64,000 bases of DNA from an uncultured Planctomycetales bacterium (GTDB lineage Bacteria > Omnitrophota > Gorgyraeia > Gygaellales > Profunditerraquicolaceae). Each line of letters opens with the position of its first letter. Position 1 is the first letter of the stretch. This document shows positions 44,382 through 58,560 of the stretch, in pieces. Where the stretch lies: NCBI GenBank assembly GCA_964427405.1, contig CAYRUB010000004.1:4236-68235 (forward strand), written 5' to 3'. The translations under genes were made by a program, and so were the position numbers. The notes beneath the pieces are model-generated. The model was given only the letters and a program-made list of their open reading frames with translations, did not search any database and was not told the origin of the DNA.

Positions 44382-45725
44382 GTGGACATGTTGGAGCTTA
44401 CTAAAAACTGGGAAGAGGCGCAGGGTGATTTGAAATCCAAGCTAGGAGAGACTATTTTCGCTACCTGGATATCGCCGTTAAAATTTTTTGCCGCAGATAA
44501 ACAGAATATCAACCTTGAGGCACCAGACCAATTTTTCAAAGACTGGGTTGAAAAACACTACCTCGGACTTATCCAGGAAACCTTAAAAAATAAAGGCTTG
44601 AATAATCTGTTAGTAAAACTAACCGTGGGAAGCCCTCAAGAGAATTTGCACATACTCAATAAAACTAATGAGACAAATGTTAAGAGCGTTCCCGCGGCAA
44701 GTTTTGTTAACCTAAACTCGCGCTATACTTTTGAAAACTTTGTAGTCGGACCGGCGAATCGACATGCTCACGCCTATTCGCTTGCTGTCGCTAACTCGCC
44801 GGCTAAAACATATAATCCGCTGTTTATTTATGGCGGCGTAGGGCTGGGTAAAACACATCTTATCCAGGCCATCTGTCATCAAATAAAAAATAGCGGCCCC
44901 GCAGGAACAAAAATATGTTACGTATCTAGCGAAAAATTTACTAACGAACTGATTGATGCCATTTTACACCGCACCACATCGAGCTTCCGGCAAAAATACC
45001 GCAATCTTGATGTTCTGGTTATTGATGACATCCACTTTATTGCTGGTAAAGAATCCACGCAGGAAGAATTTTTTCATACCTTTAATGCCCTATATGATGC
45101 GCACAAACAAATCGTATTTTCCTCTGACCGGCCACCTAAAGAAATTACTAACCTACAAGAAAGGTTGGTTTCGCGGTTTGGTTGGGGACTAGCTACAGAC
45201 ATCCAACCTCCGGATCTAGAAACGCGGGTTGCAATCCTAAAGAAGAAAATTGAACGCGAACCTATTAGCGTACCCGATGATGTGATATTTTTCATCGCTC
45301 AATTAATCAAAACAAATATCCGTGAATTAGAAGGGGCATTAATCAGGACAGTCGCTTATTCTTTATTAGAAGAAGAGCCAGTAACCTTACAGCTGACTAA
45401 AGAAGTACTTAAAGACCTCTTAAAGGAACCGAAGAAATTAATTACTGTGGATTTTATCCAACGCTGTGTGGCTGAAGAGTTTGGGGTATCTTTACAAGAG
45501 TTAAAAACCAAACGACGTAACAAACAAGTTGTATTCCCCCGGCAAATTGCCATGTATTTAAGTAGAGAGTTGACAGATTTATCTCTTCCTGAAGTAGGAG
45601 AACTTTTTGGAGGCAAAGATCATACTACAGTCTTACATTCTTATAAGAAAATTAAAGAAGAGATTTACAAAAACCCAGAGTTAAAAGAACGGGTAGAAAA
45701 AGTTATTCAAGTTATTAAACAGTAA
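44382..45725 (+). CDS. dnaA: Chromosomal replication initiator DnaA (start at 44382 or 44388)
   Basis: YTFENFV, YNPLFIYGGVGLGKTH, IDDI, NIRELEGA, RQIAMYL, KDHTTV. Confidence 0.98.
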   Translation: MDMLELTKNWEEAQGDLKSKLGETIFATWISPLKFFAADKQNINLEAPDQFFKDWVEKHYLGLIQETLKNKGLNNLLVKLTVGSPQENLHILNKTNETNVKSVPAASFVNLNSRYTFENFVVGPANRHAHAYSLAVANSPAKTYNPLFIYGGVGLGKTHLIQAICHQIKNSGPAGTKICYVSSEKFTNELIDAILHRTTSSFRQKYRNLDVLVIDDIHFIAGKESTQEEFFHTFNALYDAHKQIVFSSDRPPKEITNLQERLVSRFGWGLATDIQPPDLETRVAILKKKIEREPISVPDDVIFFIAQLIKTNIRELEGALIRTVAYSLLEEEPVTLQLTKEVLKDLLKEPKKLITVDFIQRCVAEEFGVSLQELKTKRRNKQVVFPRQIAMYLSRELTDLSLPEVGELFGGKDHTTVLHSYKKIKEEIYKNPELKERVEKVIQVIKQ

Positions 45726-45779
45726 TTCAAGGGTTATTAGGTAGAATTTTTTGTTCTAATTTACTATTAATATAAAGGG

Positions 45780-45855
45780 TTGCGCGTTTTTCAACAGAAA
45801 CCTAACCCCTTTAATACTACGACGATATTAAGTTTTTAAATATATATATAAATAG
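45780..45855. other. oriC part 2: probable unwinding element between dnaA and dnaN
   Basis: TTTTCAACA box (45788), trio-like TAATACTACGACGAT (45812), pure AT run 45833-45854. Confidence 0.6.
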
Positions 45856-45869
45856 AAGGAGATTAGATA

Positions 45870-46961
45870 ATGAAATTTAAAGTGCAAAAAGATAAGTTAG
45901 TTGTTGCAATTCAAACCGTACAAAATGTAATTACCACAAAATCCGCCCTACCTATTCTCTCTAATATATTAATTGAGACTCAACAGGAGACCATAAGGTT
46001 AACCGCAACAGATTTAGATATAGGGATAACTTGTGTAATTCCTGTGGATATCCAGGAGCAGGGCGCAATTACTATTCCTGCTAAAAGATTTAGTGATATA
46101 GTTAAGGAATTTCCGGTTGATATTGTTAGTGTTACTACTAAAAAGAATAATCTTGTAGTAATTGATTCTGAATTATGCCAGTTTAAAATTATGGGCTTGG
46201 CAAAAGAAGAGTTTCCTAAACTTCCAGAGTTTAAAGATAGAAAAGTTGTTAAAGTTGAGCAAGTGGTTTTAAAGGAGATGTTAGCCTTAACTTCTTTTGC
46301 GGTATCTTTTGATGAAACAAGGTATATTTTAAACGGAATACTTTTTAAGATTAATAAGGGGGTTTTAACCCTTGTTTCTACTGACGGTAAAAGATTAGCG
46401 ATTGCGGAAAGAAAGTTAAATATAGAACTAGATGTTGATTTAAGTATAATTGTTCCAATTAAAACGATACATGAGTTAAACCGCAACCTAAAAGAGGGGG
46501 GAGAGTTATCTTTAGTGGTTGGCAGCAACCAAGCGCTTTTTGATCTGGGGGGAGTGGTAATAATTTCACGCTTAATTGAGGGAGAATTTCCGGATTATAA
46601 GCAAGTTGTTCCTCTGGTATCTGAAAATAAAATGAAGATCGACCGCAGTCAATTCTTATTAGCGGTAAAAAGAGCAGCGCTATTGGCTACTCCGGATTAT
46701 CAGGCGGTAAAATTAGAGGTATTTAAAAATAAACTTGTAATTTCTAAATCCACGCCAGATGTAGGTGAATTTCATGAAGAGCTGGCAGCGGAATATCAGG
46801 GCAGGGAATTGATTATTGGTTTTAATCCGGTTTATTTAATGGATATTTTGAAAAATCTCAGCGATGAAGTTATTAACCTGGAATTAACTGATGGAGAGAA
46901 GCCGGGGGTTATCCGCATCAGCGGTTATATTTACATAGTACTACCTATGCGTATTAATTAA
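45870..46961 (+). CDS. dnaN: DNA polymerase III beta sliding clamp
   Basis: LPILSN, ATDLD, RYILNG, STDGKRL, EGEFPDY, C-terminal LPMR. Confidence 0.97.
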   Translation: MKFKVQKDKLVVAIQTVQNVITTKSALPILSNILIETQQETIRLTATDLDIGITCVIPVDIQEQGAITIPAKRFSDIVKEFPVDIVSVTTKKNNLVVIDSELCQFKIMGLAKEEFPKLPEFKDRKVVKVEQVVLKEMLALTSFAVSFDETRYILNGILFKINKGVLTLVSTDGKRLAIAERKLNIELDVDLSIIVPIKTIHELNRNLKEGGELSLVVGSNQALFDLGGVVIISRLIEGEFPDYKQVVPLVSENKMKIDRSQFLLAVKRAALLATPDYQAVKLEVFKNKLVISKSTPDVGEFHEELAAEYQGRELIIGFNPVYLMDILKNLSDEVINLELTDGEKPGVIRISGYIYIVLPMRIN

Positions 46962-46965
46962 GAGA

Positions 46966-49691
<2,726 letters not shown>

Positions 49692-49693
49692 CC

Positions 49694-50530
49694 ATGGAAA
49701 TAATTATACCGGGAAAACATAAGAAGGCCATTCATCCTGTCCTTGTTTTTAAGGAGGCCTGGGGTATTTGTTGGAATAACCTGGGAAAGCTGAGTGTTAT
49801 TTATTTGATTTTTAATTTACCAATCGCCGTTATTTATTTAACGCCAATGGCAAGGGAGCTTCAGAATCAAAGAGCTAACCTTTCGGCAGCTCTTTGGATT
49901 TTCCTTCCGGTATTAATATTAAGTATTTGGGGCCACATTGCCTTACTGCTTAAAGTTAGAAAGGCGGCTGAACTTGAGGATTACACAATTGTCCAAAGTA
50001 TAAGCCAGGTAAAGCCTTTCTTTTTAAAATATCTGGGAGCGGGTTTAATTATTACTTTATTTTTAACAGGGGTGATGATGTTGGGTGGGATATCTGTTGC
50101 AGTGATTTTTCCATTATTGTTTAAGGTTAATAAAATACTGGCAGTATCTATTTGCCTTGTCGTGGCAACAGCGGCTATTGGGTTTTTTATCTATTTTATG
50201 CTGCGTTGGTCTCTTGCCACAACAGTTTGTGTTCTTGAGGATGCCCGGCCCGTTGCCGCTTTAAAGCGCAGCCTTTCCTTAGTTACGGAATATGTACATC
50301 CGGTTGTAGGGACTTATTGCCTGTTTATGCTTATATATATTATTTGCCTGCTTGCCATTATTATTGCCGGGGTATTTTTAGGCGTAGGCAATGATGTTAA
50401 TCAGTCTAACCGGGTGGGTGTAATATTTAGTATATTAATAAATATTGTGCTGGTGCCGTTTTGGATCACGATCACAGTAGTGTTGTATAAAAAATTAAAA
50501 GAGGCGTTAGAAACCAATGTATACGCGTAA
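49694..50530 (+). CDS. Hypothetical integral membrane protein, about 6 TM helices
   Basis: Hydrophobic segments; ALKRSLSLV motif typical of GPDPase_memb-like proteins. Confidence 0.7.
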   Translation: MEIIIPGKHKKAIHPVLVFKEAWGICWNNLGKLSVIYLIFNLPIAVIYLTPMARELQNQRANLSAALWIFLPVLILSIWGHIALLLKVRKAAELEDYTIVQSISQVKPFFLKYLGAGLIITLFLTGVMMLGGISVAVIFPLLFKVNKILAVSICLVVATAAIGFFIYFMLRWSLATTVCVLEDARPVAALKRSLSLVTEYVHPVVGTYCLFMLIYIICLLAIIIAGVFLGVGNDVNQSNRVGVIFSILINIVLVPFWITITVVLYKKLKEALETNVYA

Positions 50531-52949
50531 CGATAAAATAATTCCGGTTTATATTGAAGATGAGGTAAAGGACTCTTATTTGAATTATGCGATGAGCGTG
50601 ATTGTCGGCCGGGCCCTGCCGGATGTTCGTGATGGCCTAAAGCCAGTGCATCGCAGGATTCTTTATGCGATGCAAGATCTTAACCTTGAACACTCCAGGC
50701 CTTATAAAAAATGCGCACGTATAGTCGGTGAAACCATGGGTAAATATCATCCCCATGGAGATATGGCTATTTACGATACTCTAGTAAGAATGGCGCAGGA
50801 TTTTACTTTACGCTATCCCCTGGTGGATGGCCAGGGAAACTTTGGTTCAGTGGATGGAGATACTGCTGCAGCGATGCGTTATACTGAGGCTCGTCTTGCT
50901 GCAATTTCCGAGGAGTTACTTGGGGATATTGATAAGGATACGGTTGTCTTCGGGCCCAACTTTGACTCTTCATTGAAAGAGCCCTTACTTTTACCGGCCA
51001 GCCTTCCTAACCTTTTAGTAAACGGCTCAAGCGGTATTGCTGTGGGCATGGCTACGAATATACCTCCGCATAATTTGAATGAAGTTTGTGATGCGATTAT
51101 TTATCTGCTTGATCATCCTGACGCTGAAATTAAAGACCTTATGCGTTATATTAAAGGGCCGGATTTTCCCACCGGAGGATTAATTTGCGGTAAAGCTGGG
51201 ATTAAGGACGCCTACATGACAGGCAGGGGTAAGCTTTTGGTGCGCGCCAAAGCAACTGTTGAGCATCAGAAAAACGGGAAAGATTTGATCATTTTTACCG
51301 AGATTCCTTATCAGGTACAGAAATCCGGAGTTATTGAGTCTATCGCTGCTTTAGTTGATGATAAAAAAATTGAAGGCATATCTGATATACGTGATGAATC
51401 GGACAAAGAAGGTATGCGTATTGTGATTGAGCTTAAGCGCGATGTTGAATCACAGATTATCCTAAATCAGCTTTTCAAACACACCCAGCTGGAAAATACA
51501 TTTGGCATTATTATGCTGGCCCTGGTGGATAATCGGCCTAAGGTTTTAAATCTACGCCAGGTATTGGATTGTTATGTTGAGCATCGCAGAGTGGTTATCC
51601 GCAGGCGTACACAGTTTGAATTAGATAAAGCCTTAAGGCGTGCGCATATTTTAGAAGGTTTGAAAATCGCGCTTAAGTTTATAGATCGGATTATCAAGGT
51701 TATCAAGACCTCCAAGAGCGTAGAGATTGCCAAGCTAAATCTAATGAAGGAGTTCGGGCTTTCCGAGATTCAGTCACAGGCGATCCTTGAAATGCAGTTG
51801 CAACGCTTGACTGCCCTGGAGCGCGATAAAATTGACGCGGAGTATGAAGAACTTTTAAAGAAAATTGAATTATGCCGGGCGATTTTAGCTTCACAGAAAA
51901 GGATTGAAGCAATTATTAAGGAAGAGCTTGAAAACTTAAAGAAAAAGTATGGGGATGAGCGACGCACGGATATTGTAGGTGAGGCGGAGGAGTTGGAGGT
52001 TGAAGATTTAATCGCCGAAGAGGACGTGGTGGTAACAATCAGCCACGGCGGTTACATTAAACGCCTGCCGGTAAGTTCGTACCGCAAGCAAAAACGCGGA
52101 GGCACGGGAGCAACAGGCGCGGAGCTTAAGGAAGAAGATTTTAGCGAGCATCTTTTTGTTGCCTCGACTAAAGACTATCTGCTTATTTTTACTGATAAAG
52201 GCCAGGTTCACTGGTTAAAGGTTTATGAAATACCTCAGGCCAGTCGTATTTCTAAAGGAAAAGCGATTGTTAATCTTGTGCAAATGGAACAGGCGGCCAA
52301 GGTTAGTTCAACTATTCCGGTAAAAGATTTTTCTCCGGATAAATATTTAGTCATGGTTACCAAGTTTGGGCAGGTTAAGAAGACTAAGCTTGAGGCATAC
52401 GGGAATCCACGCAAGGGCGGGATTATCGGAATCACTTTGGAAAAAGATGATGTGTTGATTGGGGTAGAGATGACTGATGGCAAACAGGAGTTACTTATTG
52501 GGACCAAGCAGGGTAAGGCAATAAGGTTTTCCGAAGAAAAGGTGCGCGATATGGGCAGGGGAGCACAAGGCGTACGTGCAATCTCTTTGGCGAAAAAAGA
52601 TGAAGTTATCGATATGGTAGTCCCGCAAAAGGCCTCTACTATACTTACGGTTACAGCTTTAGGTTTTGCAAAACGTACTACTATAGATGAATACCGGCTC
52701 ACTAGCCGCGGTGGCAAAGGTGTAATCAATATCAGAGTTACGGATAAAAACGGTGAAGCTGTAAATTTAAAGACCGTAAATGACAAGGATGAGCTTATGG
52801 TTATTACTCAAAACGGAATATTCTTACGTTGCGCAATAAAAGATATTCGTGAAACCGGCCGCTCATCTCAAGGTGTGCGGTTGATCAAATTGCAGGACAA
52901 AGACCGGGTTTCTTGTGTCGCTCCGGTAATTGCCGAAGAAGAAGAGTAA
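50517..52949 (+). CDS. gyrA: DNA gyrase subunit A
   Basis: [29 protein letters not shown], GyrA-box QKRGGTG, C-terminal pinwheel repeats. Confidence 0.98.
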   Translation: MYTRNDKIIPVYIEDEVKDSYLNYAMSVIVGRALPDVRDGLKPVHRRILYAMQDLNLEHSRPYKKCARIVGETMGKYHPHGDMAIYDTLVRMAQDFTLRYPLVDGQGNFGSVDGDTAAAMRYTEARLAAISEELLGDIDKDTVVFGPNFDSSLKEPLLLPASLPNLLVNGSSGIAVGMATNIPPHNLNEVCDAIIYLLDHPDAEIKDLMRYIKGPDFPTGGLICGKAGIKDAYMTGRGKLLVRAKATVEHQKNGKDLIIFTEIPYQVQKSGVIESIAALVDDKKIEGISDIRDESDKEGMRIVIELKRDVESQIILNQLFKHTQLENTFGIIMLALVDNRPKVLNLRQVLDCYVEHRRVVIRRRTQFELDKALRRAHILEGLKIALKFIDRIIKVIKTSKSVEIAKLNLMKEFGLSEIQSQAILEMQLQRLTALERDKIDAEYEELLKKIELCRAILASQKRIEAIIKEELENLKKKYGDERRTDIVGEAEELEVEDLIAEEDVVVTISHGGYIKRLPVSSYRKQKRGGTGATGAELKEEDFSEHLFVASTKDYLLIFTDKGQVHWLKVYEIPQASRISKGKAIVNLVQMEQAAKVSSTIPVKDFSPDKYLVMVTKFGQVKKTKLEAYGNPRKGGIIGITLEKDDVLIGVEMTDGKQELLIGTKQGKAIRFSEEKVRDMGRGAQGVRAISLAKKDEVIDMVVPQKASTILTVTALGFAKRTTIDEYRLTSRGGKGVINIRVTDKNGEAVNLKTVNDKDELMVITQNGIFLRCAIKDIRETGRSSQGVRLIKLQDKDRVSCVAPVIAEEEE

Positions 52950-52954
52950 ACTCT

Positions 52955-53029
52955 GACCCTGTCGTCTAGCCTGGTCCAGGACAAGAGCTTTTCAAGCTCT
53001 CGACACGGGTTCAAATCCCGTCAGGGTCA
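52955..53029 (+). tRNA. tRNA-Glu(TTC)
   Basis: AGAGC-TTTTCAA-GCTCT; GGTTCAAATCC T-arm. Confidence 0.93.
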
Positions 53030-53041
53030 TAATATAGAATG

Positions 53042-53105
53042 TCCCGCTTCGTACCCGTAGCAAAATTAACTTTTTAATTTTGCTACACTCCGCGGGATTT
53101 CGCTA
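53042..53105. repeat. Intergenic hairpin, REP-like
   Basis: TCCCGC...GTAGCAAAATTA/TAATTTTGCTAC...GCGGGA, followed by TTTCGCTA. Confidence 0.5.
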
Positions 53106-53126
53106 GACAAAAACTTAAGGTGCTCA

Positions 53127-54962
53127 ATGTGCGGAATAGTCGGATATATCGGTGAAAGGCCAGCTCAAGAGATTCTTTTGACTGGCCTTAAGCGTTTAGA
53201 ATACCGCGGATATGATTCCAGCGGCATGGCAATAATCCTGCCTGTTAAAAACACCCTGTCAATAAGAAAATCTCCCGGTAAAATCAGTGCGCTTGACAAA
53301 CTGCTTAAATCTAAGCCTCTTGATGGTTCATTGGGGATTGCGCATACCCGTTGGGCTACCCATGGTGCGCCTACCCAGGCCAATGCTCATCCCCATGCTG
53401 ATTGTGATAATGAAATTGCTCTGGTACATAATGGCATTATTGAAAATTATGAAACCTTAAGGAATCAATTACTTAAAGAAGGGCATATATTTCGAAGCCA
53501 AACTGATACAGAGGTTATCGTTCACCTTATTGAGAAGTTTTATACAGATATCCCCCTGGAGGATGCGGTACGCAAAGCCTTAAAATTAGTCACCGGTTCA
53601 TTTGCTATTGCGGTTATTTCCAAGCGCGAGCCCGGGAAACTGATTGGTGCCCGTTCCGGAAGCCCCTTGATTGTGGGAATAGGTAAAAACGAAAATTTTC
53701 TTGCCTCGGATGCTCCGGCAATTTTAGAGTATACCAAGGATATAATTTTCTTAGAGGAAAACGAAATTGCGATTTTAAATAAAGACCGCTTTAAGGTAAT
53801 CGACCTTGCCGGTAATGAAATAATTAAAAATCCGGTGAAACTTAACTGGGATATTGAGCAGGCACAGAAGCAGGGGTATAAGCATTTTATGCTTAAAGAA
53901 ATCAATGAGCAACCGAAGATTATTGAAAACTTGATCAACCTCAGGGTATCAAAGGACAATAAAATTATTTTTAAAGAACAGCATATTAGTATTGAAAAGT
54001 TAAAAAGCATAAAAAACATCTTCGTCGTTGCTTGCGGTACGGCATATCATGCAGGATTAGTGGGAAAATATATATTTGAAACGCTTTCTAATGTCCCTAC
54101 TCAAATAGATGTATCGAGCGAATTTCGTTATCGTGACTTGTTGATTAACAAAGATACCTTGGTTTTGGCAATCAGCCAGTCCGGAGAAACCGCCGATACT
54201 TTAGCGGGGGTCAGGCAGGCACGTAAATTCGGCGCCTCGGTAATTTCTATATGCAATGTCCTGGGCTCAACCTTAACTCGCGAATCAGATGGAGTAATGT
54301 ATACTCATGCCGGACCGGAGATTGGCGTAGCTTCTACTAAGGCCTATACTGCGCAGCTGGCGGCAATTTATTTATTTGCTTTCTATCTGGCAAGAGTTCG
54401 TAATGCCATGCCGTCCGGTAAGATTAACAAGCTAATTAAAGAGTTGAGGAGTATTCCTAAGAAACAGGCAGAGATTTTAAAAGAACAGGATGCGATTGCC
54501 CGTGTTTCCCGCAGGCATTCTCACCTGGGTTCTTTTTTGTACCTGGGTAGAAATGTAAATTACCCTTCAGCCCTGGAGGGCGCTTTAAAATTAAAAGAAA
54601 TTTCATACATTCCCGCCGAAGGTTATGCTGCCGGAGAGATGAAACATGGGCCGATCGCCTTAATTGATGAATATCGGGCGGTGGTTTGTATCGCGTCAGC
54701 CTCAAAAGTTTACGAAAAGATGGTTTCTAATATTCAGGAGATTCGTTCCCGGCGCGGCAAGATTATCGCTATTGCCACCGAAGGGGACAATAACATCAAA
54801 GAGTTGACCGGCGAAGTAGTTTATGTCCCTAAATGCGATGAATTGTTTTCTCCGCTTTTAGTTGCCTTGCCGCTGCAGCTTCTGGCATACCATATATCAG
54901 TTAAGCGTGGCTGCGATGTGGACCAGCCGCGTAACTTAGCCAAGTCAGTAACCGTGGAATAA
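53127..54962 (+). CDS. glmS: Glutamine-fructose-6-phosphate transaminase
   Basis: MCGIVG, LEYRGYDS, HTRWATHG, SQSGETADT, PRNLAKSVTVE. Confidence 0.98.
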   Translation: MCGIVGYIGERPAQEILLTGLKRLEYRGYDSSGMAIILPVKNTLSIRKSPGKISALDKLLKSKPLDGSLGIAHTRWATHGAPTQANAHPHADCDNEIALVHNGIIENYETLRNQLLKEGHIFRSQTDTEVIVHLIEKFYTDIPLEDAVRKALKLVTGSFAIAVISKREPGKLIGARSGSPLIVGIGKNENFLASDAPAILEYTKDIIFLEENEIAILNKDRFKVIDLAGNEIIKNPVKLNWDIEQAQKQGYKHFMLKEINEQPKIIENLINLRVSKDNKIIFKEQHISIEKLKSIKNIFVVACGTAYHAGLVGKYIFETLSNVPTQIDVSSEFRYRDLLINKDTLVLAISQSGETADTLAGVRQARKFGASVISICNVLGSTLTRESDGVMYTHAGPEIGVASTKAYTAQLAAIYLFAFYLARVRNAMPSGKINKLIKELRSIPKKQAEILKEQDAIARVSRRHSHLGSFLYLGRNVNYPSALEGALKLKEISYIPAEGYAAGEMKHGPIALIDEYRAVVCIASASKVYEKMVSNIQEIRSRRGKIIAIATEGDNNIKELTGEVVYVPKCDELFSPLLVALPLQLLAYHISVKRGCDVDQPRNLAKSVTVE

Positions 54963-55615
54963 TGCTTTATATTGTTAGCACTCCCATCGGTAATTTAAAA
55001 GATTTATCTCTCAGGGCGATTGAAGTTTTAAAAAGCGTAGATTTAATTGCCTGCGAAGACACCAGGCATACAAAAATCCTGCTCGATCACTATCTCATTA
55101 AGACACCCACCACGAGTTTTTTTCAGCACAACAGATTTACAAAAGCAGACCACATCCTTGGTTTATTAAAAGAAGGCAAGGATATTGCTTTGGTTTCTGA
55201 CGCCGGGACACCGGGGATTCTTGACCCCGGATATAATTTAATTAATCTGGCCATTAAAAATAACCTGGAAATGACTTTTCTTCCTGGGGCAGCGGCTTTT
55301 GTTAACGCGCTGGTAGTTTCCGGCAAACCCGCCCATGAGTTTTATTTCGGAGGATTTCTGATTAACCGGACTCAGGCACGTAAAAACCAGCTGGAAAAAC
55401 TAAAGAAATTCGGCTGCACTTTAATTTTTTACGAATCTTGTCATAGAATTTTAGCCAGCCTGGAAGATATAAAAGTGGTTTTTGGCGATAAGGAAATTGT
55501 AGTAGCCAGGGAATTAACCAAGAAATTTGAAGAAATCCTGCGTGGAACCCCGGAGGTTGTTAGAAATAAACTTGCTAAAAATAAGCCTCGCGGTGAATTC
55601 GTGATAATTATTTAA
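54962..55615 (+). CDS. rsmI: 16S rRNA C1402 2'-O-methyltransferase
   Basis: STPIGNL, ACEDTR, VSDAGTPGILDPG, ARELTKKFEE. Confidence 0.95.
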   Translation: MLYIVSTPIGNLKDLSLRAIEVLKSVDLIACEDTRHTKILLDHYLIKTPTTSFFQHNRFTKADHILGLLKEGKDIALVSDAGTPGILDPGYNLINLAIKNNLEMTFLPGAAAFVNALVVSGKPAHEFYFGGFLINRTQARKNQLEKLKKFGCTLIFYESCHRILASLEDIKVVFGDKEIVVARELTKKFEEILRGTPEVVRNKLAKNKPRGEFVIII

Positions 55616-55634
55616 AGAATAGGGATACTTATGC

Positions 55635-55662
55635 TTGACAAGGCCGCAGTTTGTGATATAGT
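55635..55662 (+). promoter_or_regulatory. pyr operon promoter
   Basis: TTGACA-N16-TATAGT with an extended -10 TG. Confidence 0.75.
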
Positions 55663-55680
55663 TAAAGAAATAAGTAGGGA

Positions 55681-55781
55681 CCTTTAAGTCCGGCTCAGTG
55701 AAGCTGGCAAGGCAAATAAAATGATTGAGATTGTATTAAAAAACATGAACCCTTGGCAAAACAGGCCAAGGGTATTTTTTT
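55681..55781 (+). promoter_or_regulatory. PyrR-binding leader and attenuator terminator
   Basis: CCTTTAA...CGGCT-CAGTGA-AGCTG...AAGG (CNGNGA loop), then ACCCTTGGC/GCCAAGGGT plus a T-run, upstream of pyrR. Confidence 0.8.
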
Positions 55782-55814
55782 GTCTCAAGGTAGCAGAATA
55801 GCTCGAGGATATAA

Positions 55815-56353
<539 letters not shown>

Positions 56354-56354
<1 letters not shown>

Positions 56355-57286
56355 TGCTTTGGGCAAAAAAGGATCTTTTAGGGCTTGAATATTTAACACC
56401 GGAAGAAATTGAATTAATTCTTGAAACTGCTGAATCTTTTAAGGAGGTTTCTACCCGTGAGATAAAAAAGGTACCTGCCTTACGCGGTAAAACCGCAGTG
56501 AATCTTTTTTATGAACCGTCTACGCGTACCCGGGTATCTTTTGAAGTAGCTGCTAAACGGCTTTCCGCCGATGTTATTAATATTGCTACAGAAACCTCGA
56601 GCGTCCGGAAAGGCGAAACCTTAATTGATACAGGTAAAAACATTCAGGCGCTCAAGGCAGATATAATTATTATACGGCATAATTGTTCAGGGGCGGCAAA
56701 CATGCTGGCACGCGCATTAGATATCAGTGTTGTCAATGCAGGAGACGGGTGGCATGAACATCCTACTCAGGCATTACTTGATATGTTTACGCTGAAAGAA
56801 AAGTTGGGGAAAATCAAAGGTTTAAATGTAGCCATTGTAGGTGATATAGCGCATTCGCGGGTTGCCCGCTCCAATATTTGGGGTCTGACTAAATTAGGGG
56901 CTAATGTTACTGTATGCGCTCCTGAGATGTTGCTTCCGGTTGGGATAGAGAAGACTGGGGTAAAAACATCAAGCAATATAGATGAGGTCTTGAAAGATAC
57001 CGATGCAGTGAATGTCCTAAGGATGCAGTTTGAGAGGGATGAAGGTACGGCATTCCCTGAGCAGTTGGATTATTATAAAAAATTTGGCATTACCGAGGAA
57101 AGATTGGCTAAGGCTAAGAAAAACATTATTGTTATGCATCCCGGTCCGATTAACCGGGGGATTGAAATATCCAGCGAAGTGGCGGATGGGAAAAATTCAG
57201 TTATCTTAGAACAGGTAACTAATGGGATTGCCGTACGCATGGCGGTTTTGTTCTTAGTAGCCCAGGCAAGGGAAGCAAGAGCATGA
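56354..57286 (+). CDS. pyrB: Aspartate carbamoyltransferase catalytic subunit
   Basis: FYEPSTRT, NAGDG..EHPTQ, HSRVARS, MHPGP. Confidence 0.97.
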
Positions 57287-58557
57287 GTATATTAATTAAA
57301 GACGGAAGAGTGGTTGATCCGGCGAATAAAATTGATGCTGTTTTGGATATTCTAATTGAAGATAATAAGATAGCCAAGATAGCCAGGGATATTAAAACGC
57401 AGGCAGATAGCATAATTGATGCAACAGGTAAAATTATTGCTCCGGGTATTGTTGATATGCATGTGCATTTACGCCAGCCCGGCAGAGAGGATAGGGAAAC
57501 AGTATCCACTGCTACAGCCGCTGCTGTTAAGGGTGGAGTGACCACGGTTTTGGCTATGCCAAACACCAATCCGGCTATGGATTGCGTAGAAAACATCAAG
57601 TTGCTAAAAGAGGCAATTAATAAGGATGCTAAAATCAATGTGTTTGTCTGTGGCGCTATCACTAAAGGGCGCTTGGGTAAAGAATTAAGTCTGGCCGCGA
57701 TGTTAAAGAAAAACGGCGCTTATGCATTAAGTGATGACGGTTGCTCCGTAGATGATAATGAGCTCATGCTTGAGGCATTTAAGAAAGCAAGGCAAGCCGG
57801 TATTTTGACTATCTGTCACTGTGAGGATAAAAAAATTTCCGGTAAAGGGGTGATTAATTTAGGTTTTAATTCTACGCGGCTGGGGCTGCGGGGCATTTCT
57901 AATGAATCAGAATATAAAAGAGTGGCGCGCGATATTGAATTGGCAGAAAAAGCTGGCGCAACCGTGCATATTGCCCACGTTAGCTGTCGGCAATCAGTAG
58001 AAATAATTGCCAAGGCCAAAAGAAAGGGCACAAAGGTAACTTGTGAAACCGCTCCTCACTATTTTTCTCTAACAGAAGACGCGCTTTTGGGATATGATAC
58101 AAATATGAAGATGAATCCTCCGCTGAGAAGCCCTGAAGACCTGGCGGTGGTTAAGCAGGGCTTAAGGGATGGAACAATTGATGTTATTGCTTCCGACCAT
58201 GCTCCGCATACGGAGAATGAAAAGGATATTGAATTTGAACGCGCAGAGTTTGGGGTGATTGGGCTGGAGACTGAATTAGCTGTAAGTATAACTGAGTTGA
58301 TTGATTCAAAATTATTAGATTGGACCAGGCTGTTTGAGAAGCTTAGTTTTAATCCTGCCAAGATCTTAGGTATAGATAAGGGCTCTTTAAGCCAGGGAAG
58401 GGCAGCAGACGTAGTGATTATTTCCGGTGAAAAAGAATGGCAGGTTAGAAAAAATGAGCTGGTTTCTAAATCTAAAAACTCCGCATTCCTCGGCCGTACC
58501 TTAAAAGGAGTGGTAGATTATACAATTTGCAACGGAAAGATAGTATATAAAAAATAG
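57283..58557 (+). CDS. pyrC: Dihydroorotase
   Basis: DMHVHLR, MPNT, HCED, KMNPPLR, SDHAPH. Confidence 0.95.
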   Translation: MSILIKDGRVVDPANKIDAVLDILIEDNKIAKIARDIKTQADSIIDATGKIIAPGIVDMHVHLRQPGREDRETVSTATAAAVKGGVTTVLAMPNTNPAMDCVENIKLLKEAINKDAKINVFVCGAITKGRLGKELSLAAMLKKNGAYALSDDGCSVDDNELMLEAFKKARQAGILTICHCEDKKISGKGVINLGFNSTRLGLRGISNESEYKRVARDIELAEKAGATVHIAHVSCRQSVEIIAKAKRKGTKVTCETAPHYFSLTEDALLGYDTNMKMNPPLRSPEDLAVVKQGLRDGTIDVIASDHAPHTENEKDIEFERAEFGVIGLETELAVSITELIDSKLLDWTRLFEKLSFNPAKILGIDKGSLSQGRAADVVIISGEKEWQVRKNELVSKSKNSAFLGRTLKGVVDYTICNGKIVYKK

Positions 58558-58560
58558 AAA

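Noticed and set aside
53030-53126. glmS ribozyme upstream of glmS
   Set aside because: The region is too short and lacks the AGCGC(C)...GACGAGG core; only a hairpin is present.
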